Below are positions 25,513 through 36,300 of a stretch of DNA of 64,000 nucleotides, in pieces. The notes beneath the pieces are model-generated. The model was not told where the DNA came from and ran no database searches. It worked only from the letters and a program-made list of their open reading frames with translations. The stretch is from Raillietiella orientalis (Eukaryota). Every line of letters starts with the position of its first letter. The first letter of the stretch is position 1. The position numbers were made by a program, and so were the translations under genes. The stretch is taken from assembly GCA_036172245.1 (NCBI GenBank), contig JAYWIR010000011.1, forward strand, positions 4,154,001 to 4,218,000, in the 5' to 3' direction.

Positions 25513-27018
25513 ATGAAGATTGAGAAAAGCAATTATGTATCTTCATTTCAAGGTGCTGCATTCGGTAGCTGTTGTCTTAACCAGCAGATATGCAGGTAAT
25601 CTTGCATGTCTTTCTAAATCAAGTTTGGAATGAATTGATTTTTCGAATTCTATTTTAGTGTCATAATGTTTTTGTTGTCATATTTTGGTATTCAAGGACA
25701 TTTATTGGATTCATTCTTTCTTGTGATCATTATTGGTGGCATGACCGTTTTGCTGATACTAATTTATTGTTATTCTAATCAACAGTTTAGAGAAAAAAGT
25801 AAGTAGTTGGATTTTGTTGTTGTTGTTGTTGTTGTTTTGACTATTTGCCTTAAGCTAACAATTGTTGTTGTGGACATTTATGAAAAAAGAGTGGGTGAAA
25901 GTCTGGCAATGGAAATTTGACACTGGATGAAAGCACATGTTGGAACTTTATTTGAATTTGTCTGCATCCAGTTTTGCACTTTTGTTTCTTCCTTTTTTCA
26001 ATATAAACCTGTTTGTGTGTTTAGGTTCAATAAATATGTGTACAGCACTAATATGTGTTGGCTATGGATTTGGAATATCTCCCATTATAAAAACTTTAAC
26101 AGATACGATAAGTACAGATACAATTTATGCCATGGTGATCATAGCCTTTTTTCTGCACCTGCTTGTTCACAATTATGGTATTGAAGCCACAATGTGAGGC
26201 ACCTGAAAATCGCAATTCAATCAATTTCTTCAATTTAGAGTATCCAGTGAACTGTCTTTGAATGCTGCAATATTCAGCAGTGTTTGCCTCTCATCTAGGT
26301 TGGAAGCCCATCTTGACGTATTCTGTTTGCTGACGTTGGGACTGACTCTGTTTGCTTTGTTGCCTGCCATCAGAAACTATTTGTTGGTGAGCATACATTG
26401 TGATGTGCATGCTGACTGTGATGTTTGAGAGTGAAAGAGTTTAAAAAGTTCCAAGGCATGCATGTCTGCAAATAGGTATTGGTGCTGCAGAAACAGCAAA
26501 GGGTTCTAGGCTGCATGTAGATTGTATGTGTCCAGCTATTGCATGCCAAGCACTTTTGAAGCAAACTTGCAAACAGCATGTTGCACTCAGTGTATGGCTG
26601 CCATTGCTCTGGACTGAGTGCTCCAAAACTTGGGAGCAACTATTCATGGGGCAATCTCCCCAAGTATTAAGAGTGTTGAGTGCACCATTGTTTTTGATTT
26701 CCAGCTCAATAGTTATGCCAAAACCTTGGTCACCCTTACACTAGTCTACGATGTTTTCATTGTCGTGTTGCTGTATTTTGTGTCCCGTGTCTACATGACA
26801 CTCATGGTTTTGACCTTTGTGATCATTAATGTGGTGTTGCCATGGATATTCGTGCATTGGCAGTGCCACAAGAGGTAGGCTTCTGAACTCACGAGATGCC
26901 CATCTCACCGTGTGTGTGTTCTTCCCCCCCTTTTTTTTTTCCCACCAGGAACATTTATGGACCTTGGGATGAGGCCACAATCAACAATGAACGAACAATT
27001 GTGAGAAGTGTTTATTAG
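25513..27018 (+). CDS. PIGC: Phosphatidylinositol N-acetylglucosaminyltransferase subunit C (GPI2/PIG-C); start uncertain
   Basis: Exons (25513?)-25595, 25659-25798, 26025-26193, 26239-26386, 26705-26874 and 26949-27018 are all GT-AG with matching phases. Diagnostic motifs: QQICSV, GISPIIKTLTDTISTDTIYAM, VSSELSLNAAIFSSVCLSSRL, KRNIYGPWDEA. Confidence 0.93.
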
Positions 27019-27322
27019 TTTTATCAAATTGACGTACTATCACTATTGATGTGTTTATTTGAAAGAGTAACATGGAACCTGCAATGAAAACAATGTAAAG
27101 CTGAACAATAAAAACAGAGACATCCGAAAATGAAGTTCTTAAATCCACGAGTAGCTTGTTCTGTCTGAAGGGATGGATGGCACATCGTACACATATCAGT
27201 TGGTGTATATTAAAAGGAACTGCTTGAAATAAAACATTTCTTGGGATTAAACAAGAGAAGGAGAAAAAGTGGCGTTCTATGGTTTAGAACAGTACTTTCC
27301 GTGGCTGGAAATGTTGGCGAGA

Positions 27323-30300
27323 TTAGCAACGAGTGGTGAACTCGCCGCCTACCTGTGGTGACATCATTCGAGGTGCTGAGCTCCCGCGTTGCTTAGCTCG
27401 GGCTTTCGACAAGGTGTTTTCCGCGACGTCTGCTCTTTCTTCCGCTTCTTCGAGTTCTTGCTGGGCTTTTCGGTATTTGGCCAAATTCAGGGCTGCGATC
27501 TCTTCGGCTTCCTCGATCTGCCTTTTGTAGGTCTTGATCTTTTGCTGTAGTTTGTCAACGAGGTCCTGCATGCGCTCGTGGTTCTTCCTGTCTTCTTCAG
27601 ACTGAAATACGACAGCGGCGTTATTATGTTGCCTGAGTTACTGTCCGGGCCCCTTCGCCGTGCCGCGCCGCACCCCTTCGGGGTTTCCAGAGGAACGCAT
27701 ACCTGGAACAAGAGCTCTTTGATCCGTCTGTCTGATTTGCGCAAGTTCTTCTGCGCTTCCGCATGTCTGCGTTGTTCCCCGTCCAGTTCCTGGTCCAGCT
27801 CGCGGACCTTTTGCTCCAGTTTCTGGATGATCTTCTTCCCTCCTTTGAGTGCGTTGTTTTCGGCCTCGTCCAGGCGCACTTGCAGCTCCTTCATCTGGGC
27901 TTCGAAGGCCTTTCTGAGCTTCTCTTGCTGCTGCGCGTGCTCCTGTTCCGCTCTCAGTTCGTCTGCCAGCCTGGCCGCGTCGACCATAGCCTTCTTGGCC
28001 TTCTCTTCGCTGTTCTTGGCTTCGTTGAGCATTTCGTCCAGATCCGCCTGAGGGCGGGTCGCCTGGAAATTTGAGATCGGTTGACCGGCATGCACTCACG
28101 TGTAGCGTTTGCAGCTCGGACTCGAGCTTTCTCTTGACGACTGCGGCGGACGAGTACTGAGCCTGAAGATCTGCCACTGCGGCATGTGCGTCCGCGATTT
28201 CCTGTTCTGCCTGGCGTCTCGCGCGGTCCGCTTGCTCCAGCAGGGTCCTGCTTTCCTCGAGCTCTCCGCTCAGGGCGTTGGCGCGCCTCTCAGACATGCC
28301 GATCTGCTCCCTCAGATCATCCCTGTTCCTCTGCTCTTCCTCGAGTGCCTGTTGGAGCTCCTTAATGTTGATCTGGTACTTTTTGAGGTTCTTTTGCGCC
28401 TCGGCGTTGGCCTGAGGATTCGACCGTCCGGACGTGGGGAAACGAGAGATTCCGGGAAAAATCCCACCTTATTCGCGTGGTCCAGCGCTATTTCCAGCTC
28501 GTTGATGTCAGCTTCCAACTTCTTCTTCAGCCGGAGGGCTTCGGCTTTTCCCTTTGCTTCAGCTTCCAGGCTTGCCTGCATGGAGTCGATCGCTCTCTGG
28601 TGATTTTTCCTGGAAAAAAAAAAAAAAAAGCAGTGCATGCGATAGGAACCGCTCTCGAATCGAGTCTTCCGAGCAAGAAACATCTGGCTAAGGGAGGGGG
28701 TGGGGACGGTGGACTGCAACGCACCTCGTGTTTTCGAACTCTTCCTCTTTTTCCTGGATCCTCCTGTCAATCTCCTGGCGCACTTGCGACAGCTCCAGCT
28801 GCGCTCTGAGCACCTTGTTCTCCTCTTGCTCGAGTGCTGCCTCCGCCTCCTCCAGAGCGGCTTGCAGTTCCTCCTTTTCGACTTCCAGCCGCTTCCTCGC
28901 CTTTTCGATCTCGTGGATGTTGCGTCCGCCCTCCCCGATCTGGTCCATCAGGTCCTTGATTTCCTCCGCAAGGTTCTTGTTTTCTCTTCGGATGGCCTCC
29001 GTCTGCTCTTGCGCCTCTTCGTAAGCCGACTTGATGCGGTACAGCTCAGTGGAGTAGTTGCGGCATTCCTTCTGGCTGGCATCGAGCTCGGCGGTCAGGT
29101 CGTCCACCTTCATCTTCCACTCGCTGATGATCTTGTCGAAGTTCTTCTGCTTCTTCTCCATCTGGGCGGCGAGGGCGTTGGTACGCTCGATCTCCATCTG
29201 GTAGTCCTCGATCTCGCCGGCCAGCTTCGATTTGGACTTCTCTAGGCTGACGCACTTCTGGTTGAGGGCTTCGATGGTCTCCTCGGCTTCCAGCAGGCGG
29301 GCTTGCAGCTTGCGCCTGGAAAAGACATCCGGTAGACTCCTCCCCCGCGAAAGATCCCCCATACGTACTTGGCGTCCTCCAGCTCTTCTGCTCTCGCCAG
29401 GCCGTCAGACTCGTACTTGGACCTCCACATCTGACACTCGGCGTTGACTTTTGACAGCTGACGCTGGAGGTCCGCCTTGCCCTCCGACTCCTCTTCCAGC
29501 TGCTCCCGGATGCTGTCGATGTCGTGCTCGAGGTTCCGGAACTTTCCGAATAGCGTTGCCCGCTCCTGAAAGACCGAGGGCGAACGTCGCAGAGCGGGCG
29601 AGTGGAAGAGGCGACAGCGCCCCTCTCCTCACCCTCGACTCCTCGTCCAGCATCCTCTTCGTGTCCTCCAGCTGCGTGGTGAGCGACACCTTCAGCTTGT
29701 TCATCTGGCCGAGGGCCGACTCGGCGTCCTCGAGCTGCCGGAGGAGATCGCTGTTCTCGATGGCCAGCTTCTTCTTGGAGGCGTCGAAGTCGTTCAACGA
29801 GCGGGTGGTCTCGTCCAGCTTCATCTGGAGGTCGTTGACCTGCTGCTGCAGCTGCTTGTTGATCTTCTCCATCGCGGCCTGGGGACGCAGGGAGTACGTG
29901 ACTGACAAGCTCGGAGGCACCCTCCCCCCCGTCTCTCTCTCCCCGGAAGGAGGGGGAGGGAGGAACAAACCAACGATCCTTTGCGTTCCTTCCCCCGCCC
30001 TCCTTCCCTCTCTTTCCTTCCACGCGAGGCGACCCACCTTGTCGCTGGACAGGTGGTCCATCGCCGCGCGACAGTCGTTGAGTTCGGCGAGCAGCTGCTG
30101 CTGGTCCTTCTCGCCCCTGGAAGAGACGCCGCCGTTATTGGCGTCCCTTGCGGCTCTCGGACCCTTCCCCCCGCCGATGCCGCCGCCGCGGGCGTACTTG
30201 GCCTTCAGCTTGCTAAGCTGGTCGATCTGCTCGCCCATCTCGGCGACGGCGTCGTTGTGCTTCTTGCGCAGGGTGGCCAGCATGGCCTCGTGCTGGATGG

Positions 30301-33300
30301 CACCTTCCTCCAGATCCCTGCGCAGTTTGGCCAGCTCCGCTTCGCGCTTCTTGTTGAGCTCCACCTGAGCCGCCGTGGCGCCGCCGGCCTCCTCCAGGCG
30401 GTCGCCCAGCTCCTCCAGCTCGCGTGCCAGCTCCGACCGCTGCTTCTCCGCCTTGGCCCGCGCCTGACGCTCCGCCTCCACCTCTTCCTCTAGCTCCTCG
30501 ATCCGCGTCTGCGGGGGAGGAAGGGAAGGAAGGAAGTGAGTCTCTCCTCCTCCTCCTCCGGCTCCACCCCTCTCCCGACCTGCAGCTCCTTAATCTGCTT
30601 CTGCAGCCGGGACACGAGGGACTGCTCGTCCTCTAGCTTGGCGGACAAGGCAGACACCTCCTTGTCCTTCCGCTGGATGGTCTGCTCCAGCTCCTTCTTG
30701 TTCCTCTCCAGGTCCGAGACGGCCTCCTGGGTCAGCTTCAGGTCGCCCTCGATCTTCCGCTTGTTCTTCTCGACATCCACCCTGCGGAAACCGATCTGCG
30801 CGCTCGCGGGGGCGAGGACGCCTCTCCCGCCCTCCCCACCTCAGCTTCTTCTCCCTCTCCAGCGTGTCCTCCAGCTCGTCCAGGGTCTGCTCCAGCTTCG
30901 CCTTGACCTTGTTCAGGTGATTGACTTTGTCCTCTACGGTCTGCAGGTCCTCCGACGTCTTCTGATTCATCTCCTGGAGGTTCTTCTTCTCCTTGTTGAG
31001 CTTGTTGATGAGCTCGTCCTGGTGGGCGATCTCGTCGTTGAGGTTCCTGATTTGGTGGTCCTTGGTGGACTTCTCCTGGTCTCCCTGGAAAGGGACGGTG
31101 GGGAAGTCGTCGTCCCCGCCGACGGGAGAAAGACTCGCTGACACCCACCTTCGAGACCTGCAGCTCCAGGTCCTCGATATCCTTCCGCAGGCCGGACATC
31201 TCCTGCTCCAGCTTCTTCTTCTGCTGGAACAGCTGGTTCCGCGCGTCCTCCTCTTGCTGCAGCCTCTCGTTCGCATCCTTGGGGAGGAGGAGGAGGGAAT
31301 GGGAGCCGCCGGGGAAGCGCGCGCGTGCTGGGTGTCAGTATCTCCTCCCTCCCTCCCCCGCATCCTCTTCCCCCAGTCCCTCCCGGATCCTACCGCCAGC
31401 TGGTTTTCCATGTCCGTCTTCTGTGCCATCAGCTTGTTCTGCTTGTCCACGTAGTCCCCGAGGGTGTTCTTCTCACTGTCCAGCTTCTTGGTCAGGTCAT
31501 TCTTCTCGGACGACAGCTTCTGGTTGGCCTCCTCTAGCTGCTTGCGCATCTTCTCCTCCTTCTCGTACAGCTCCTGGAACTTGTTCGCCTTCTCCTCGAG
31601 GGCCTGGAAGGAGGTGCATGGAATTTGGCTCCCTCTTCCCCCCGCTGCTCGTGGGGTCGGCCGGCCCCGAGGCCGCACCTTCATTTCGTCCTCGAGGCGG
31701 GTGACGTTGAGCATCGGCTTCACTTTGATCCACATCCTCCACCACGGCCACGTCCTCAGCTGCATGTACTTGCGCAGATTGCGCTGAACCACTTGCAGGG
31801 CGATCCTGCCGGAAGAAAGAGGGTAAGATGGGGGGGGGGCGGCAGGCCGTCGCCGCCTACCTCTGGTCCTTGAGCTTCTGGAACTCCTTCTTTGTGAGGT
31901 AGCTCCTGCACCAGGCCTGCAGCCAGGTGAGGATCTTGGAGACCTTTTCGTCGCGCAGCTCTTCCAGATGTCCCAGGACGCCGGCGCGGAAGAAAACCTG
32001 CCGCGATAGAGCGCGAGGTCAGACTTCCCTCCGGGAAGAGGGGGGGTAAGGAGGAGGAAACCCGGGGGTCTCCATCCACGATGCGAAGAGGGGGAAGACC
32101 ACTCAGGCGGGTGCGAGCAGCTTCACGGGTTTGTCCATCATCGGCTGCTGGTCGAGTCGTCGCCGAGATCATGCAGCAACATCCCAGGCACGGTAGCATG
32201 TCGGGTTAGGGAAGGTCACTCTGCTAGCAAGCGCACCAGGGCGAGCATTCGCGTCATGCAGCAGAAGGGCTATGGCTTGCGGCAGGCGAGGAGGAGGGGA
32301 GGCAGAGGCAAAAAAGGGGGAGGAGATGGGTAGGAGGAGGCGGAGCAAAAAACTCGTGCACATACGTGGAGCATGCAGATCACTTCGGTGTCAGCAACAG
32401 CACCCCAAGCCTGAGGTCTGATGGCAGGAATCCGAGGCGTTAGCGAAAGGGGGAAGCTCAAAGCTCGCTCAGCCGGCGCCGGGACATTCACGTGGAGAAG
32501 ATCCGACGGCAAGACGACGGATGCTCTTTGGATCCGGAACAGATGGCGTTGTTATTGTCCCGGCAGAGAGCTCCGCGGCATGGAAGGAGGGAGGCACGCG
32601 AAGCTGCAACGTGGGGAGGCGGCGCTGAGGCCGTCAAGCATCTTCAAGCAGAGAAGAGAGCACACTCTTGCACAGGGCAGTTAGCTGCTGCCCCTCCCCC
32701 AACCAGCCCCTCGGAGCGGTCCCTGTGCAGCCGTTCCTGAACGATGAAGAGACAAACCTTGTGATCGCTGCGGGCACCTGGAACGCTGAGACGTTCCGGC
32801 AGGGAGAGAGGGCACGCTCCGGCATTCTTGGGCCGCAGACCCAGAATGTCGCGGGCCGTCCTTTTAAACCGCGACCGGTAATCGAAAGCAAAAAAAGAAA
32901 AATAAAAGGGAAAAGGCCAGAAGCGATCGCCGTTTTTCCTCGCACGTTTCGGGAAAAACGGCGTCCCGCTCTCTCGACAAAAACAAACAAACGAATAGAC
33001 AGACAGACAGACGTGCCTTTGTGTGACCCATTCTATATTTGTCAGGGTCCAGCTGCAGCTCCTCCAAGCACAGCGACGTAGCCTTTTTATCATCGTCAAC
33101 AGCTTTCATTTTCTTGGCTTCAAGAATCATATAGCTTGAAGTACAGAAAGATTATTGCATGCAGACAACAGGTCAGCAGGCGGTCAATCCCCCAAAACAC
33201 GACAGCTCGAGAGACAGGAAGTTTCGGAGATCTTTTTCCCAGCAGTTTTCGGAAAGGAAGGCGGGGAAAAAGATGCTCTCTTCGCGCACCCCAGACAACA

Positions 33301-36300
33301 TGCCCTGCGGTCTACACCGGGCCGCGACCTAGGCTTCCCCAGGCTGCTTGCAGGCAGCAGCTTCTGACTCTGCAGATCTCCACTCCCCGCAGCGGGGTTG
33401 CTTTCGTTCCATTTCGTTTCTTAAAGCGCTTCGAGCACCCTGCGTTTCCTTCGGGGAGCAACAAAACGCTGGCGCGCTCTCTAACATGGCGGTATGGGAG
33501 AGAACGCTCCTCGGAAAGGGTAAGGGAGCACCGCGAACGGTTGTCCTGACGCATTGACCTGTGGTGCATACCTCCGGGGGCGTAGAGGCGTCTGCTGGCT
33601 CTGCCCTGCGCAGCGGTGGATGCCCGTCCGTTCACAACTTGGGGAGAGCCCGGTGCCACACGGTGCCGTCCACCTTTGAGAGGGGATAAGCAGTGCAAGG
33701 GGGACCCAGTATGCCCGCGGAATGCGTCCGCGCTAACCCATGCCCGATGAGTGCTCGCGATCCCCGAGGCAAGGCATTCGATCTAAGTGGTCCAACGGCG
33801 GCAGCAACAAGGAAGGCAATCTGCGAGGCGCCCGTCCTCAAAGCTCGAAAGTGAAGCGCTGCGGAACTTCCGCGTGTCGCTGGGGCACGACCGTCCCTTT
33901 GGTCCTTCGTACGACGACGTCTGTTCCGGCACTTCGCGTGCTGTTGCTTCTCAAAAGAATCTCCAAACGGTAAGGTCAGACTCAAAACTTGGCTCACAGG
34001 ACCTAAAGTGAATGGGAAAAGTGTTTCCAGCGACATGGAAACCGCATCCTCCGGAACCTAACGGCGACTCCGGCAAGCTTTCCAACATTGAGGGTCGTCT
34101 TTTGGTTACCGGGCGCGCAGGAGCAGCAGTAGTGCCGTGTTGAGGAGCGCACGTCTGGGTTTTTCAGCCAAATGCTTCCCCTTTACCGCGCATATACGCC
34201 AGTGGAATCCAAACGCGCGATCGATTTTCGGTGGATTGAAGACCCCCCAGGCACAAGCAAAAAAAAATAAAAAGAAGAAAGAAGAAGACGCCGTCTCGGC
34301 TCCCGAAACTTGCGGATTCGGCAGCTTCTCAACCACCCAGCCCCCCCTCTCTTTACTTTCAAATCACAACGAGCGGACTGCTGCCCTTCCTCCAGAGCGC
34401 GAGGTTGGTCCCGAGGCGGTTCGATTCAGCTGCCCCCCTCCCGGATCGTGAGCAGCCCGCGTTCTGCTCCTCCAATCACGCAAACGCTAATCAGCAGTAG
34501 CTCAAGTCCAGTTCTGGGTACTAATGAATAAACCACCGATTAATCACTTGGTTGCTAGTTGAGAAGTCTCGATCGGCGCCGCTTTCAGGCAACACCATTA
34601 CGAATTGCTAGGAGACAGTTGCCAAGAGCGTTTTTTTGTGCTTCTTTTTTTCCCCTCTCTCACGCGCGCAGTGATTCACTTTTCGGAGAACGGCATCAGA
34701 GCAACTGGACTGCAGAGGTGGAACAGTTTTCAGCGCGTTTTCAATTGGCAGCACCGTGAAAGCAAAGAAGATCCGTTTTCCGGGATGCACAAGAGATGGT
34801 GTGCAGAAACGCGAGCAGCTAACGCCGCTCAGAACGATCGCAGCCCGTCGAGGGTTCCGTGATGAAAAAGAAAGGCGCGCTCCCCCGGATATATCTCACG
34901 AGTGTGCCCCCACATCAGCAAACCCAGGAAAAATCTCCGGGAAACGCAGCGTCCTCTCATTCTTGTTTACCGTTCGAGTTGCTTAGAGAAGAGATTTGGG
35001 GGGGGAGGACGCCGTGCGCTCAGTCAACCACGTCTTTCGAAGAGACTCTGTTCCAAGACCCCTGAGCCTCAGGGGACCGGACCTGAGGATCGAGAGAGAT
35101 CTCAGGTTGCGGGCTTGACTGTTAGTAGGGGATGGGAATGACTGGGGGAAGGGGGGAAGAAAAAAAAAAAAAAAAACGTGAAGTTTGGGAAGCAAACAAC
35201 AACACAAACAGCCCAACGTCTCTCGGGCAACGGTGCACTCAACATTTCGGGTAGTGTTTTTCAAAATAGGGACTGCATGCAGCAACCAGGTCAAATCGAT
35301 CAAGGCATGCATTTCTTGGAGTGAAGATTTCTATCAACATGCCTTGGTGTGACCTAATCTATATTTATCTGGATCGAGTTGGATGGCTTCGAAACAAGCG
35401 GCTGCCGCTTTCTTTTCTTCGGACTGAGACTTCATCTCGTTTGCAGCTAATATGAGATATCTTTGGATAAAGAAAAAGGTCGAGATGAAACATGGAAGTC
35501 CAGTGGGGAATGCGTGATTCAAGAAACAAACACAATTTCTTGCATTGTTGCTTAGCAACAGATGCCCCTGCGCAACGCAGCTCATGGTTTCGGCAGTTCA
35601 CAGGAAAGAAAATACATGAACAAAGGAGGCCGTTTCGCAGCTTAGCAACGGGCGATTAGTTACCGGTGCTTGAATTCATGGTAAACCATCCTGTTGGGAA
35701 ATCCCTTCCGGCAGATCCTGATGCCTTCCAACACGCCGTTGCAAGTCAGCTGGTGCATCACCAAGTTGGAATCGATGACACCTTGAAGGAGAAATTTTTT
35801 TTTTTTGTAAGAATTCGGAATTCGCTCTCAAGGACTCTCATCCATCTGTTCTCTCTCACTCTTTTTATTTTTTTTTTTTTTTCTCTCTCCTATGCGCCAG
35901 CACGTTCCATCAACCGCCGACACACACAGACAACAGGTGTGTTGGCGGGAGCGGAACGTCTTCATCGGAAGATGAACTCAAAGCACGAGTGCATCTTTAA
36001 GGCGTTGCTATGCAGGTTTCCACCTCGATTTTCGAGGATTAGGTGATTGGCGGGGTAAAAGGCTAGGTCACACGGAAGTTTCAGAGAGCACACAGAAAGT
36101 GGTCAGCTCGTCACAGCGATCGTCTTACCTGCTTGTTTTAATTCGTTAGGGATAATGCATCGCACGAAATGAGGAGATGTGCTTCTCAAGGTTGTCATCA
36201 GGTTGTTCAATTGTTCCTGTCCAGGGGAACAATAAATTTCAGCTACACTCAACAGGTTATCAAAAACAAAAATCGGGAGGGTGTATTGGAGAGAGAAGGC

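Noticed and set aside
29451..30368. Long plus-strand ORFs (305 aa and neighbours) over the Mhc rod
   Set aside because: Antisense shadows of GC3-rich coiled-coil codons and GC-rich introns; low complexity with no independent gene signals.
32060..32200. Third converter exon ([19 protein letters not shown]...)
   Set aside because: Lacks YR.GHTK and correctly placed splice sites.
32758..32777. 20-nt AG..GT-bounded segment ending CACAAG|gt after converter exon B
   Set aside because: Too short and frameshifting, with no real similarity to the converter exons beyond the last bases; likely chance.
31278..33016. Myosin-rod-protein or catchin-like internal first exon
   Set aside because: Introns around the head-rod junction are short, and I see no ATG-bearing exon with a suitable donor or promoter.
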